Shown: positions 1-12,811, counted from the first letter of the stretch. The stretch: DNA of 39,143 bases from Vicugna vicugna (GCA_013265495.1 PNXW01002812.1:1-39143), one strand, 5' to 3'. Notes: a model not told the origin generated them from the letters alone. Translations and numbers: made by a program.

Positions 1-1080
1 TTAATTGCAAGTTTTATAATTTTTCATAGTTGTGCCTTTATTTTCCATGTTGTTCATTTCTGCTTTCTTTTTAAATGTATTTTCCTCTTATTTTCTTTGG
101 GTTTATTCTATAGTTATTTTTTATCTAATATGTATAGTGTGTATTTATTTGATGCTCAGCCCTTTTCTGTAATACAGGCATTTGAGAGTATTTTTTTCTA
201 TAATTATTAGCTATTTGTCTCATAAGTTTTGATATGTAGTTTTTTCATCATTGTCTTTTCTTGGTACTTTAAATATTCACTATGCTCTCTACTTGGACTG
301 TTGGATTATATAGAACTTTATTTTAATAGCTTTATATAGTATTATATTATTTTCCCATTTTGGTTTTTAGTTTTCTTTCATTATTGGATTTTAACCAATT
401 GCATTGTCATCAGAGAATACGCCAGATTTTTGATATATGTTGTGTTGTAAAGCATGGTTTAGGATCAGTTTTGATAAAGCTTTCAAATACACCGGAAAGA
501 AACCTGTGTTCTTCACTTGTTTGCTGTTCACAATGTTGTTTATATATTTAGCCAAGTTTTGAACAGTGTTGTTCAAATATCATGTATTCTTATTGCTTAT
601 TTTGTCTGCTTGTTCTCAGATTGTTAATATACTAATGCTTAAATTTTAATAGATTTATTCATATCTCTTTGTAGTTTTGTAAATTTTTATTTTGTATGTT
701 TTAAAGCTATAGAATTAAGTGAATACAAATTTAGACTTGTATCAACCTAGCAAACTGAAACCTTTATGTAGTGACACACTTTATCTCTACAACATTATAT
801 TTTATTTGATGTCATATAGCCAAATCAGTTGCCTTCCGGTTAATAGTTTCTTGTCATATCTTTTTCAATTTTTTTCTTCTTTTCTGGGTGTTTATATCTT
901 AAATAAGTCTCTTATAAAAAGTGTATAGTTGTATTTTTTGTATAGATGATCTTTTATTTTGACCTGAGTGCATAGTCCATTTATATTTATTGTAATAAAT
1001 AATGCATTTGGATTTATTTTACTTTGTAATACTTTCAGCTTTCTATGTTTTGTTTTGACATTTTTATTGACTTATTTTTC
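1..1080 (-). mobile_element. Ancient degraded L1 (L1M-type), ORF2-region fragment, antisense
   Basis: Very T-rich; phrases such as 'tagctatttgtctcataagttttgatatgtagt' resemble antisense L1 ORF2 5' region. No intact ORF. Boundaries approximate. Confidence 0.7.
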
Positions 1081-1309
1081 CTTTAGTGGCTTTCACCCTC
1101 TGTGTCTGCTCACTCTAGAAAAAAAATTGAAGTCAATTTAGCCTAACAAAGACAAAAGTTGATACATTAAAATAAAATATCTCGTCGCTGTGAATTAGCA
1201 GAGCAGTCGTTGACAGTTTCAACGGTAGCTTATACCTATAGATTTCTATTTCTATTTTATTTTAGTGTTCTGAGGATTTTTACTGTAAAATATAATAGTC
1301 AGGAATACT

Positions 1310-2115
1310 TCTACGACTCAAAAGTAAAAAGCCAAACCCCATGAAAAGGGTAAAAACAAGCCCTTTACAAAGGGATATATAGGGATATCTATGAGGCAAA
1401 TGAAAAAGTGCTCAATGTTATTAGTCATCAGAATTTAACCACCATGAGACATATTTACACTCTCATCAGAATGGCTAACATTTTAAAAAATGACTAAAAC
1501 ACTAAATATTGGTGAGGATGCAGAGCAACTAAAACTCACAAGCATTGTTGAAAACATTCTGGCAGTTTATCATAAAACTAAATTTACATCTTTCTACCCT
1601 CCAGCCCAGTAATTTACCCCTCCACATTTACTCAAAGTAAATGAAATTATACATTCACAAACATTCTTGTACAAAAATGTTTTAGTAACTTCATTTACAA
1701 CAGTAAAAAAAAAACAACAAAACTGGAAATAGTCCAGGTGCCCATCAACAGGAGAATGAGTCAACAAAAGGTGATGTATTCTCTTAATGAAATATTATTT
1801 AGCAATAAAAAAGAACATATTACAAATACATGGAAAAAACTGCATGGATTTCAAAAATGTACTGTGTGATAGAAATCTTACAGAAATCAATACATACTGT
1901 ATGTCTCTGTGTGTGAAACTCTAGAAGAGATATAACTAATTTATGATGGAAAAAAATCAGGATAATGATTGCCTCCAGAGGATGAGGACAGGATTTCCCT
2001 GGGAAAGGATATAAGATCTGAGATGATGGCACTATTTTCTATTTTGATACGGGTTTATATTACATACATGTATGCTTCTGTCAAAATGCAATAAAAGTTC
2101 ATTTAAGATTTGTGC
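1310..2115 (+). mobile_element. Old L1 (L1MC/L1ME-like) ORF2 end and 3' UTR
   Basis: 'cagaatggctaac...ttggtgaggatgcagagcaact', 'aaactggaaatagtccaggtgcccatcaacaggagaatg', 'agcaataaaaaagaac' are typical of L1M 3' ends. Confidence 0.85.
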
Positions 2116-2139
2116 ATTTCTTTGTAGACAAAGTAGAAG

Positions 2140-2380
2140 GAAAAAAATGGCAGACATGAGTTGAACTTTGGCTGATGACATGTGTAATGGAGTATCAGGA
2201 CAAAGACAGTTTATGCCCACACTTTGCTTTAAGCCCCATCAAAGAAATGAGCTGAATGGATGAGTGGATGGATGGATGATGGAGTTCAGTGACATGTGGT
2301 GATGCAGTCTGAGTGTTGAACATGTAGATGCATAATCCTTTCACCTTTGCTTTGTGTTTCAAGCTTACCATAGTGTAACA
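2140..2380 (+). mobile_element. Probable L1ME-type 3' UTR fragment
   Basis: 'tggatgagtggatggatggatg...tttcacctttgctttgtgtttcaagc' resembles L1ME/L1MC4 3' termini. Confidence 0.5.
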
Positions 2381-2489
2381 TTTGCCTAGTGGAACAGAAT
2401 TGGAGGGAGGCTCCTACCTGATTTTTTATTTCTGCTCTCCACCCCCACAACATAATCGGAACATAGCCGATTAAAAAGCAAACAGACAA

Positions 2490-3030
2490 TTCAGATCAAG
2501 TTCTTCCTTTGCCCAGAAGCCTCCACTGGATTCCCATCTCTTTCAGACCCAAGGACAAACCCCTGAGGTCACACTACTTTGTACCCTCCTGTTCTATCTC
2601 TTTGACCTCAGCTCCTAACACCCCATGGGTTTTGCTCAGTCACACCGTCCCCATCAACCTTCATGCTGTTTCCCAAGCACATCCCACACTTTTCTCCTTA
2701 AAGGCTTTACCCATGCTGGACCATTCTTCCCCAGACATCCACAAGGTGAGGTCTCGGGCCTTTTCCCAGCTGTCACCCTCGTAGAGACCCCTCCCTGCCT
2801 ACTCTGTCTCAAGTGACTGTCATTCCCCCATGCGCACAACCTCTTCCCTGCTTCACGCCTTTCCCCTAGCATTCAGCTCTAAAAACATGTTCCATTTGTA
2901 CTGACTTACCTCTTTCATTTCCTGACTCCATGGTAGGGAGTTTTGTGTTTTGCTTACTGTTCTTTCTCCAGGACGCATAACAGGGCCTGGCACATAGTAG
3001 GCATTCAGTCAGCATTTATGGAGTGAATAC
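2490..3030 (+). mobile_element. L2 LINE 3' region
   Basis: Pyrimidine-rich L2 body ending in the L2 tail 'gggcctggcacatagtaggcattcagtcagcatttatggagtgaat'. Confidence 0.85.
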
Positions 3031-3579
3031 AACCTGTCATGCTCGTATGCTAACCCGGTGCTTATTAATAAACCATATTTTTCTTACACCTAGCGGAATA
3101 CATACAGGCCATCGTATTAGAGCAAGTGTGGTGAGGTGCTGGGCTGGGAGTAAGATTGCTCACTGACCGTGCGGTCTTGGATTTTTCACTTAGTCCTTTG
3201 GGTCATCATCACCTTCCCCTTTGACATGTGCTGTTGCATCAAACTGGGCTACTAAAAAACGTAAGGATGAGTCCTTCATACACCTGGAGGCACGGGAGAG
3301 CTGGGTAGGCAGGTTTTTAGAGCTCCCCCCATCACTTCTACCTCTCTTTTTTTTTCCCTTTTTTTCTTTTAACATATTGGCTTTTCATAACAGATTACAT
3401 CTTTTCTTTGCTCCAGCTAATTATGTTAAAAAGCCATAGATGGAAAACCCACTCAAGTCACTAACGAAAAATGCTACCATTGTATCTGAATCTGGGGACA
3501 GTGTTTGCAAAGTCATTATGAAAGCTCTAGGGCTCCCATTTTGGACCCACCCCTTTGGAATTATATGATTAGATCCCTT

Positions 3580-3750
3580 TGTGCTTCAGTTTCTTCACAC
3601 AAAAAAGAAGGATGGGATTAACACAGGATCTGTGTAACAAGGCATTTTGTTTTTTGTTTGTTTATTGTTTTGAGATAAAATCACGTGAGATCAACCTTTT
3701 ATAAAGCACATAACATCATGACTGGCACAAGCTAAATGTTCAATAACTGA
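3580..3750 (+). mobile_element. MIR SINE
   Basis: Core 'gtgcttcagtttcttca' and tail 'aaagcacataacatcatgactggcacaagctaaatgttcaataa'. Confidence 0.65.
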
Positions 3751-6700
3751 CTGTCTTTTACCTTCATTACTTATTTCAGGGTTCCTGGTATAACTGGCCT
3801 GTGAAGTCTAACTGTTGTTCTTCAAATTGTCCATTTAATATACATTATAAAGAGTAAAAGAGAAATATGGCTGGTATCCTCCAAAATATAGACAGTTGCA
3901 ACTTCCTCCTCGCTCGGTTCCTCCACCTCCCTCCTGCCCCTCCAGCCACTACCCAGTATATCTCATCACCAGGCACACATATGTGACAATGATAAAAAGG
4001 TCTGTGCTGGGAACAATATAGTGGGTAATAAATCAAGGCTGGGAGGGGGGTACCAAGCAGGATGGGAGGAGGGGGGAAGGCATTGTGAATAATCAATGCA
4101 ACAGACTCTGTAAGAACATGGCGAAACATCTTACTTAACATGCTTAATAAAGCTGGAGAGGGGAAAGCAGTGATAACATGGAAACAGGCTGTCAGGTTGC
4201 TCGAGAGCCTTTCGCCCACTCAGCCCAGAGCAGGGAGAGGAACGGAGCAGCCTCCACCGCGCTGGACCCAGCACCGACCGCCCATCCCACTCAGTGCTCA
4301 GTGTCTGGGATGGTACCCATTCTTCTTCCTGACTCTACGCCAACAGTTTCAGGAATAAAGAGGGGGAAAAAAAAGCTATTTGAAATGTTTCTAATTGTGG
4401 TTATATCCAGGAATACACAGCGATACTGCTGCAGAGCAAAAGGACCCCTCTCCACTTAGAACAGAAAGATAAAAAGAATATTCAAGGATGCCTGAACCGA
4501 GATATGGAAGATACTTGCCCCAGAATGATGGCGCAGGAAAGAATTCCTGGGACACTGCAGTCCAGCCCTCTGGTGTGTGAGAGGGAGGGAAGAGAAGTTC
4601 ATGGAAAACCAGCAGAAAGTCACACAGATAGTCAGTGTCAGAGTAGAAACTAGGGCCTCGGTGTCCAGTGTAAGACAGTAAATTGTAAGATGTGCCTTGC
4701 ACACAGGAGATAACTCCACAAATGGGAGATCACTTTCTCTTTCCTTCATTCCTACCCTCTTTCACTTCTCTTTTCTGCATCTGGAGCTTAAAGAGAGATG
4801 GAAACAACCGAACGAGACCAGGCCACTAAAGACATTGGTTAGAAAGTTGGGTCTTCTACGGACTGGTATGATGCAGGACAAATCACTGACCTGGGGCCTC
4901 AGTGTCTTCCTTTCTAAGGCCTTGTAATCCTGCAAAACTACAAAGTAAGCATTCTTAATTTGAAGCATTTTAAAATTGAATATGACCCATTTACGTAATG
5001 GAAGGGGAGAAAAATACAAAGAAATGAAAAGTGCTATGATTTTATAAGGGCTCGCCCTTGGTAGCTTTGGAAGGAGGGTGTTAATGTTAAATTCTGTAGT
5101 GCCATCTTAGCAAGGCAAACAGAAGTGCAATGTTGGCTAATTGAATGATAAAAATAATACTTACCTTTGGTGTAGAATGCAAAGTCCTCAGTGGTGAGCC
5201 CTGATTGTATAAATGGAAGCAGCTATCAGAGCCCCAATCAGATTGGAAGGGACTCATTCCGATTATATCTGGGTGGTGCTGACCATGTGCCAGGCGTGGA
5301 GTGCCTTCTGTCCATGGAGTGCCACCCATGGAAGGCTACTCTTCTCAGATGCTGCAGCAGGATGAGGGCAACATGGTGACTCACTGCTCTGAGGGACCTG
5401 GGTCTGGGAAGAAAGCTAGAACCTCCTTAACTGGCATCCCAGCCCGGGCAGTGGGGTGGTAGATGGGGTAAAATGTTGAGATGCTGCCCAGGAGATGCTC
5501 TTACCACATCCACAAGCGTCCCCTGCAGTACTTGACTTAGTAGATCAAGCATTTCTCTTGGAAGCTTTTCTGCCCCTAAAATTAGTACCAGCAACCTTGG
5601 TTGGGGACAGGAAATCTATCTTCAGAGACTCAGGATGCTGAGGACAGGGTATATGCACTTCTCATAAGCCTGGCTCAGTGCACTCTGGACAGAGGCAGCC
5701 AAATGACAATGAAGCACATCGCAGACACAGCCCAGCCACGCCACCGGGGGAGAGTGGGCACGGCTTCTGCATCTTTGGTGCCTGCAGAGTGAGTGGGACA
5801 ACAGATACTCTGCTTCCTCGCCCATCCTGAGCAACGTGGAGAAGTCAGAGTGAAACAGCAGGGGACGGAGCTGTGCAACGACAGACCAGCTGTGCCCCAG
5901 AGAAATAACACCTGGGATCTGTCTGCATTGCCTCCTCTGGCTCACCCCTTCCGCATGTTCATTATCCCTGTTCCCCACCTCTCTGGCGAGCATCTCCTGG
6001 ACCTCATCTAAGCTGTGTTTGTTTGTTTGTTTGATTTGTGTGTTTATTGTTCCCTTGATTCCCCTGATTCAAGCCTAACAAGTGATCAGGGTGAAAAATG
6101 ATGCTCAGGAGATGACTGCTGATTGAGGAGTTGATTGAGGATCTGATTGCTTGACTCATTTGGAATAACTTGTCCAAATCTAGCTTACCACAAATTCTCA
6201 CAGAAACTTAGGCGAGAAACCATTTTATTGTCTCGCCAAAGACATGTGAGAGTTTTGTTAGGGCTCCTTGTCAGAATATATTCAATGAGTTTTCTATTAT
6301 ACAACAAATTTTCTTTGGAGACCCCCTTTCCTCTCACTTACAGCTCTCACTCGGCTTCTAATTCCAGCTCAAGCTGTGTCTCCATACGCGGTGTCATCCC
6401 CCATCTCTCTCTAGCCCCCTCCCCACCCAAATCATATCCACGTTTTTTTTTTTTTTCCAGAACGCAAAATATAGAAACAAGCACATGTTTGGACAAAATC
6501 AGTTTTCACTTGTGAAAAGTGGATGCTTTGTAAAATCACAGGCAACAAGAAAAATGTCAGAGAATGGAACCAAATGTTGGAGGGCTCACAAAACCTTCAG
6601 TCCTCAGTTGGATGAGCCGAGGAAGAGGTTTGCTAAAAATTAAAGAGTCAGGACATATACTGACTTTCTCCTGTCAGTACTCGGTGTTATGAGCAGATAT

Positions 6701-7719
6701 GTGGGAGGAACCATGTGACAAAGGGATGTCTGTTCCCTTGTTTTCACACAGGGGTATTCCAAAAGTTACTTTCTCTTGAATAAGAAACATTGTTCAGGCT
6801 CTCGCTTCCAAATACCAATGCTTTGAAAAGTTCTCAATTCGATTAACACTAATTATGTCTGTAATCCATGAAAAGAACGTGCTGTGAATACTTGGCTCTT
6901 CAGTTCCTGGGTCTTTCCATCTTTGTAATTTATCTGCATGAATGTCTTGGGCCATTAATTTGTCTTGGAGGACCTAGAATTCATCTCTGGCATAAAGTTT
7001 GAATTATCTGTTATTAATTGAAAGGATATGAGGCAAAATACCTGGTGTGTGACAATTGAGCTCAATCAATTTTTATTGGTTTCCAACTTCTTACGGGCCA
7101 GACCCCTTGAAAAGTGAAAAAGACACTGACCTCACCTTTGAGCATCTGTCATCTTGCAGGACAGGCAGGAATTGCACATCCTGCATCCGCTGGTTAAAAG
7201 GAATGATGTACAAGAGACAGCTGGAACAGGAGCGCACACTGCAGATTTCAAAGAATTTCTCAAGTCTTTTTGTCCATCTTCACACTACCTAAGGCATCTC
7301 GTCCAACATCCCCAGTTAGCAGGATTTCAATACACGTGGAGCAGTCAATTTTTCCAAAGTTAAGGCACTTTCCGCCAAAGCTGGTAACTATTATACAAAC
7401 TCTTTGAATTCACATAACTAGATTCTACGTCTTAAGAGAATGGTTTTGAAAGATCTCAAATTTTTTTCAGCTTTCTTTGTAAAAGTAGTTTTAGGAATAA
7501 GATATGGTCTATCCTACCACGCATCTCATTGCCCCCACCACTCCTAAAGCAGAAATTGAATGATGGAAATTACACAGCGATCGTTTTAGACTTTGTATTT
7601 TTAGAGTTCCTAGAGTTATAATTCACTAAGTTTACTAGCATAAACACGCCTCTTCCTTACTAACGTCTTTTCAAGTCGGGTCAACATAATTCTTTCTACC
7701 ATGAGCTCCAACCTGTCCT

Positions 7720-8030
7720 TCGAAAGAACAAAGACAGAAACTATGTTCTTTGACCTTCAGGAGTTTATATTTTAACAGGGTTTATGGTTTACAGAGTTAT
7801 GTGCTTTATGCAGGCATCACAGGTAACATTATGGAAAGCTATCTAATCAAACCTGGAAGTGGAAGATTATGGAATTTATGCATAGTTGCTGCCCAAATTG
7901 AAAAGGCTTTCCTGGAGGAGGTGAACTTGGGCTGAACCCTGAAACCAATAAGAACTGATGTGAGGAAGAGTTAGAATGAAGGTGTGACTCACATCAAAAA
8001 CCAAAACCAGGAATGCAATAAGCATGATAC
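7720..8030 (-). mobile_element. L2 fragment
   Basis: 'tgaccttcaggagtttatattttaacagg' and 'aaggctttcctggaggaggtgaacttgggctgaaccctgaa' match antisense L2. Confidence 0.7.
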
Positions 8031-8089
8031 TGTAAGTTCAGAAGGGCAGGTTGGAATTAAAGTATTCTTTGAAAATGTGCCTCTTAATT

Positions 8090-8520
8090 GTACAGGATAA
8101 AGACAAAACTTCCTAGCCAGGAATTCAAGTACCTTCAAACTCTAGATTCATCCTGCTTTTCCTGTTTCATTTCTGCGTCTTCCTCAATGACTAAGCCAGT
8201 CTTGGACTTTCCAAACGCTATGCATTTTTCTTACCTTCCCTTTCTCTTTGAATGAGAGACTAATCTCTACTTTCTATTTCATTCTGCCAATCAATAATAA
8301 TTCACCCGTGATAGACTTACGTGGAGGATTCTGGTCCTCCTCTGAGCTCAGTTATCACTTACTGCCTGTATCCAGATCTGTCTTGTTACAAACATGACAT
8401 TGATATTTAAATTTTTTCAAAACCACTTCAAATTAGAATTGCAAACATCCTGAGGCTAGTGAACTTCTTTTAACACTCCCCATATCTACCCATATATTCC
8501 TATACATTATTTATAGTGTT
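8090..8520 (+). mobile_element. L2 fragment
   Basis: 'caggataaagacaaaacttcctagccaggaattcaagtaccttc' and 'attagaattgcaaacatcctgagg' resemble sense L2. Confidence 0.55.
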
Positions 8521-9624
8521 TAACAGAGTCATGATACTCAGCTAATTGGTAGGCAGAGGGAAATATGGAAGGTAAATATCCTTTCCAGCATCTCTGAACT
8601 CTTACCATGTAATGTTTCTTCTGACCTTGTTTCAAGTCCCACACTGGTTTCAAGTCCTGGTTCCACCATTGTTTCCCAATGGGAACTCCAACAATCACTC
8701 ATGCCCTGAGTCTCCAGGAGCTTTATTTTCAAATAGTTAATAAGAGTCACCTTGCTGAGTGTATTTGAAGGAAGAAGCCTAGAAAAAAAAAATGACGTGT
8801 TGTAGATACTGACCTATTTCTTCAGACTTTTGAATTTCTAAAGCCAACACCGTGGGCAAAATGGTACAGCTTCTTTTGATGCAAATACAAGCAGACAAGG
8901 GGACTGAGAAAATGGACCTTAGTGAAGGAGGAAGCAGTGACAAGAAGAAGACAATCTTATCACAGGAAACGTTAAGTGACTGCCATGTTGTTTCTCTTGG
9001 AAGCTGGGCCTTGATGCAACTGAGTGATGCTGAAGGCTACTTAGCTTAAAATAATTCGTCCTCCTGAGCAGACGCAATCTGCCAGAGCAGATGTCATTTT
9101 TTGGTTTCTTAGGGACTAAATTTGGCTATGACCCATCCCCTAGAACTCCAATTCCTTCTTATGATTAGATGGCTTTTTTTTTTTTTACTGCGTTCTTAGT
9201 GACCCAGAATGAGAATCCTCACAGCCTTAGAAGTGGATGAGCGCCTGGACCCAGGCGATAACTAAGTTCAACCAAGGGAATGAAGTTTGCAGCCCACAGC
9301 TAGGAGTCAGAACTTCGTTTTTTTTTAATGCCTGTGGCTGACTGTGGACAGCAGTGCCCCATGCCAAGACAGCATTTAAATACCAAGGGATGAGATACAT
9401 CATTGCACAGGCATTATGCCTGGCACCCACGCTCTCTCCAGATGGCTTGATGTGCAGAAATAGCCTTTGAGATCAAACTCAGTGTGGAGAAGTCCAAACT
9501 CGTGATCTGTCCCTCAGGACTTCTCTGTAGCACAAGTACCCCTGTGCTGCTTAGAGGCACACACAGCTCACAGTCCGGTAAGGTGCAACCGAGTATCAGA
9601 AATCATCCTTCTCACCAACAGCTC

Positions 9625-9742
9625 AGGAACTGATTGAGATCCTACCGTCTGCAGGACACTGAACTAAGCACTTAGAATATAGAGGGATATCGCATGACCA
9701 TTGCCCTCAAGAGCTTCCAGTCTAGTAGGGGGTAAAGGCATA
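9625..9742 (-). mobile_element. L2 3' end
   Basis: 'tgattgagatcctaccgtctgcaggacactgaactaagcact...tgccctcaagagcttccagtctagtaggg' is an antisense L2 tail. Confidence 0.75.
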
Positions 9743-9744
9743 TA

Positions 9745-10145
9745 CAGCCGTCACCCCTTATCCATGGGGAATATGTTTCAAGAACCCCAGTGAATGCCTG
9801 AAATCACAGATAGTACCAAACCCCATGGATAATACGGTTTTCCTGTAGATCCGTAGAAGTGAAACAAGGATTACTTGAACATAAGCACTGCAGTACCAGG
9901 ACAGATGATCTGATAACTGAGAGGTCACTGCTGAGTGAGCCACGAGCGGGGTACTCTGGATGCTGGATAATTTACATCCAGGACGGGACCGTGCGAGACT
10001 TCATCACACTACTCAGAACAGTGCGCAATTTAAAACTTCTGAACTGTTTATTTCTGGAATTTTGTATTTAATATTTTCAGACTGCAGTTAACCATGGGCA
10101 AATGAAACCACAGACAGCAAAGCCATGGATAAGAGAAGACTCCTG
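9745..10145 (-). mobile_element. MER44 (Tigger7-derived TcMar non-autonomous DNA transposon)
   Basis: Imperfect TIRs CAGCCGTCACCCCTTATCCATGG / CCATGGATAAGAGAAGACTCCTG; TA at 9743-9744 (TG on the right side); internal 'ttcatcacactactcagaacagtgcgcaatttaaaactt...tatttctggaattt' is the reverse complement of the MER44 consensus. Confidence 0.85.
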
Positions 10146-10195
10146 TGTCAGCAAACATAAACATCCATGAGTTTGCATCATAATACCATGTAATT

Positions 10196-10578
10196 GTTCT
10201 TACATTTTTTATTGAGTTATAGTCATTTTACAATGTTGTGTCAAATTCCAGTGTAGAGCACTAAAAGGTCCGCACAAAAACTACTAGAACTAGTTGAAGA
10301 ATTCAGCAAGGTGGCAGGTGACGAGATTAATGGTCGAAAATCAGTTGCATTTCTTTATACTAACGATGAACCAACAGAAAAAGAAAGTAAAGAAACAATC
10401 CCCTTTAAAATAGCACCCAAAGTAATAGAACACCTAGGAATATATCTGACCAAGGAGGTGAAAGAATTAGACACAGAAAACTATAAACCACTGTGAAGGA
10501 AATTAAAGAAAACTTTAAAAAATGAAAAGGCATCCCATGCTCCTGGATTAGAAGAAACAATAATGTTAAAAATGCCAT
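10196..10578 (-). mobile_element. Young L1, 5'-inverted (twin-primed): minus-strand 3' tip 10196-10260 plus plus-strand ORF2 piece 10261-10578
   Basis: TSD ccatgtaatt at 10186-10195 and 10575-10584. The ORF2 piece reads KLLELVEEFSKVAG..KSVAFLYTN..IPFKIA..LGIYLTKEVKEL.TENYK, the L1 ORF2 RT C-terminal region. Confidence 0.92.
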
Positions 10579-10701
10579 GTAATTTACGTACAGGAAGATG
10601 ACGTAGAGTTTCAAAGAAGAAAAGCAGCATCTCGAATTCTGCAGCCAAACGCCCCAAAGACCAATAAACATCAGAGGTACTGACCCCAGAAATCATCTAG
10701 A

Positions 10702-10915
10702 GCAATGCTGGCCAAGGGAACTTTTTGTGACGATGAAAATGTTCTGTTCTGCACTGTCCAGTAGGATAACCTTTAGCCACATGTGGCTATGAGCGCTTGA
10801 AATGGGCTAGTGTGACCGAGAAACTAAATTTTAAATTGCATTTGATATGAATGTAGTGTAATTTAATTTTGATAGCCAACATGAGGCTAGCGACTTTCAC
10901 ATCGTATAAAGAAGC
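10702..10915 (+). mobile_element. MER3 (hAT-Charlie) DNA transposon
   Basis: 'gaactttttgtgacgatgaaaatgttct...tagccacatgtggctatgagcgcttgaaatgggctagtgtgaccgagaaactaaatttt' matches the MER3 consensus. Confidence 0.85.
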
Positions 10916-11152
10916 TCTTCTTGAATATACACCTATCACTCATTCTGCACGTGAAAACACAGGCACGGAGATGTTGAGTTGGCTACATTCAAGGGATGCG
11001 TTATTTAGAAGCTGTGCTAATTCCTGATCCAGCAGGATCCTGATCTCATATCAATGCTCATCAGGAAGAAAAGCGCTATTCTCATTGCATCGGGCAGGTG
11101 CAGGCCCTCTCGGCTTAACTTTGTGTTGTCCTCGTAAAAAAATCATGATCAT

Positions 11153-11310
11153 TAGAATGTGTGCTCCTTGAGGGCGGGGGCTTCATCCATCTCGTTCACC
11201 GTCATAATCCCAGCACTGAGAAGAGTAAATGAGCAAACGGCATGGACATAAATTAGGAAATGAATGGGCAAAACACTATGTGTTGTTACAAATATCTGAC
11301 TGGGTGAATC
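11153..11310 (+). mobile_element. L2 3' end fragment
   Basis: 'tagaatgtgtgctccttgagggcggggg...tcgttcaccgtcataatcccagcact'. Confidence 0.65.
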
Positions 11311-11514
11311 AAGCTAATTAATACCCGGGGTAAGAATTCTGTGACCTAGATGAGGAACACTGCCTGCCTGCGGGATGGACGTGAGTTAGGCTGAAGGAAG
11401 AGCCCAGAGACAGCACTGAGGGTTTACTGGCTAGGGAATCGGACAGGTCTCAAGCAAAGGTCCTGGAGTGACACCCCATGGTGTGCAGCAGACTGTTTTG
11501 TTGCCTTTTGAAAT

Positions 11515-11705
11515 GCCAAGATTTATTAAAGTGCATTTTTACATGTAATGAAGTACAAGTGGATTCGTTCTGACATGTGCATACAGTCGTGGGACTATCA
11601 CCGAGAGCAGATAAAATGCTCTCATCCCTCCGAAGACCTCCATCAGGCCCCTTTGCAGCCAGCCTCCTTCCCCGTCCCCAGACACACTGCTACCTACTGG
11701 ATACG
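11515..11705 (-). mobile_element. Old L1 (L1MB/L1ME-like) 3' terminus
   Basis: 'atttattaaagtgcatttttacatgtaat...tgacatgtgcatacagtcgtgggactatcacc...cccctttgcagccagc'. Confidence 0.65.
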
Positions 11706-12525
11706 GTGAGCTCGACCGTCCAATACCCAGAACTCAGTTCAGGTGCAACAAAGAAGCCAGGCATTTACTGGCCTTGTAGATTTCCCGTGCTCGGTCAATA
11801 CTCACCGAATAAACAGGCTGTGTTTATTTCAGTAATTGCTTCTCCCAGCTAACTATTCGTCACAGGGATTTTTGTCCCCCTGCCCCCCTTTTTTTTTCTT
11901 ATCCCATGGAATACCTAAAAGTGGAACCAGTACATACCAGATTCTCCAAGCTTCACTGATTGGATTCTATGGAAAGGCATAAAGGCAGTTTCGAGCGGTC
12001 TCTACTCTTTCAGATGGACAAGGTGGAGGAGACCAGAAATTCTTTATCTTTTTTCTGTGTCTTTATTCTACATGGCGGCTCAGCAGATGTAGCTTTACAG
12101 TATAAAGCACATAAAAATCCACCTCGCCTAGTGAGATTTTAGGGAAGGGGTTGGGCAAGTAACCAGTGTGAAGTCCCGTTACTATTTTTGTAAGTTGTAA
12201 AATACTGTTTCTGCCTCACCTCTCCTCTTGCCTTTCTATCACTTTTTTGTTGGTTTAATAACTTCTCACATACATCTTTTATACAAATAAGTCAAAAGAT
12301 ATTTCTGGGAAAATCCAGAAAAAGAAGGAAAGCCAAGCTTTCTGTTTCCCAGTGATGCGAACGCACACGGATGAACTTGCTCCTCCCCAGCGGAGTGGGC
12401 ACGGGAATTAACCCACACGCTGGCACAGGAACTTCTTGTTCCTGCCAAACGTGTCAGCTGAGATGGAGTTGCTAATTTATTTATGGGGACATATGTCAAT
12501 GTCACTCTGAGAAAATGGTTCCAGG

Positions 12526-12545
12526 ACACACACACACACACACAC
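12526..12545 (+). repeat. (AC)10 microsatellite
   Basis: Direct reading. Confidence 0.95.
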
Positions 12546-12811
12546 GGACGACTGTCAGGGCTGACCTTGCGTGTCGGTGGACTAGCCACCTGCTCACTCA
12601 CTTCTTGGGAGATTAGGGGAGCCTGGGGGCCTGCCTCGTCTCGGTCCTTGCCCAGACTCTTTCTAAGTGAACTTCCCATGGTTTCCATCGAAACAAAGTC
12701 AGTGCCCCTACAAAAGAAATGTGTCGTATGCTCGCACAGTCATTCTCCACTAAATGTCATCAGAGAGCCAGTTTTGCTAGGGGTTGAAAGCAGGTATGAG
12801 AGCAAATGGGC

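Noticed and set aside
5272..5283. REST/RE1-like GTGGTGCTGA
   Set aside because: Half-site only; the GGACAG half is missing.
8826..9049. Acceptor-like site at 8825 plus a 65-aa ORF
   Set aside because: All three frames hit a stop soon after the acceptor, there is no proper donor and no recognisable homology.
10311..10496. RT-like ORF as a functional gene
   Set aside because: Short L1 ORF2 fragment with a frameshift and stops.
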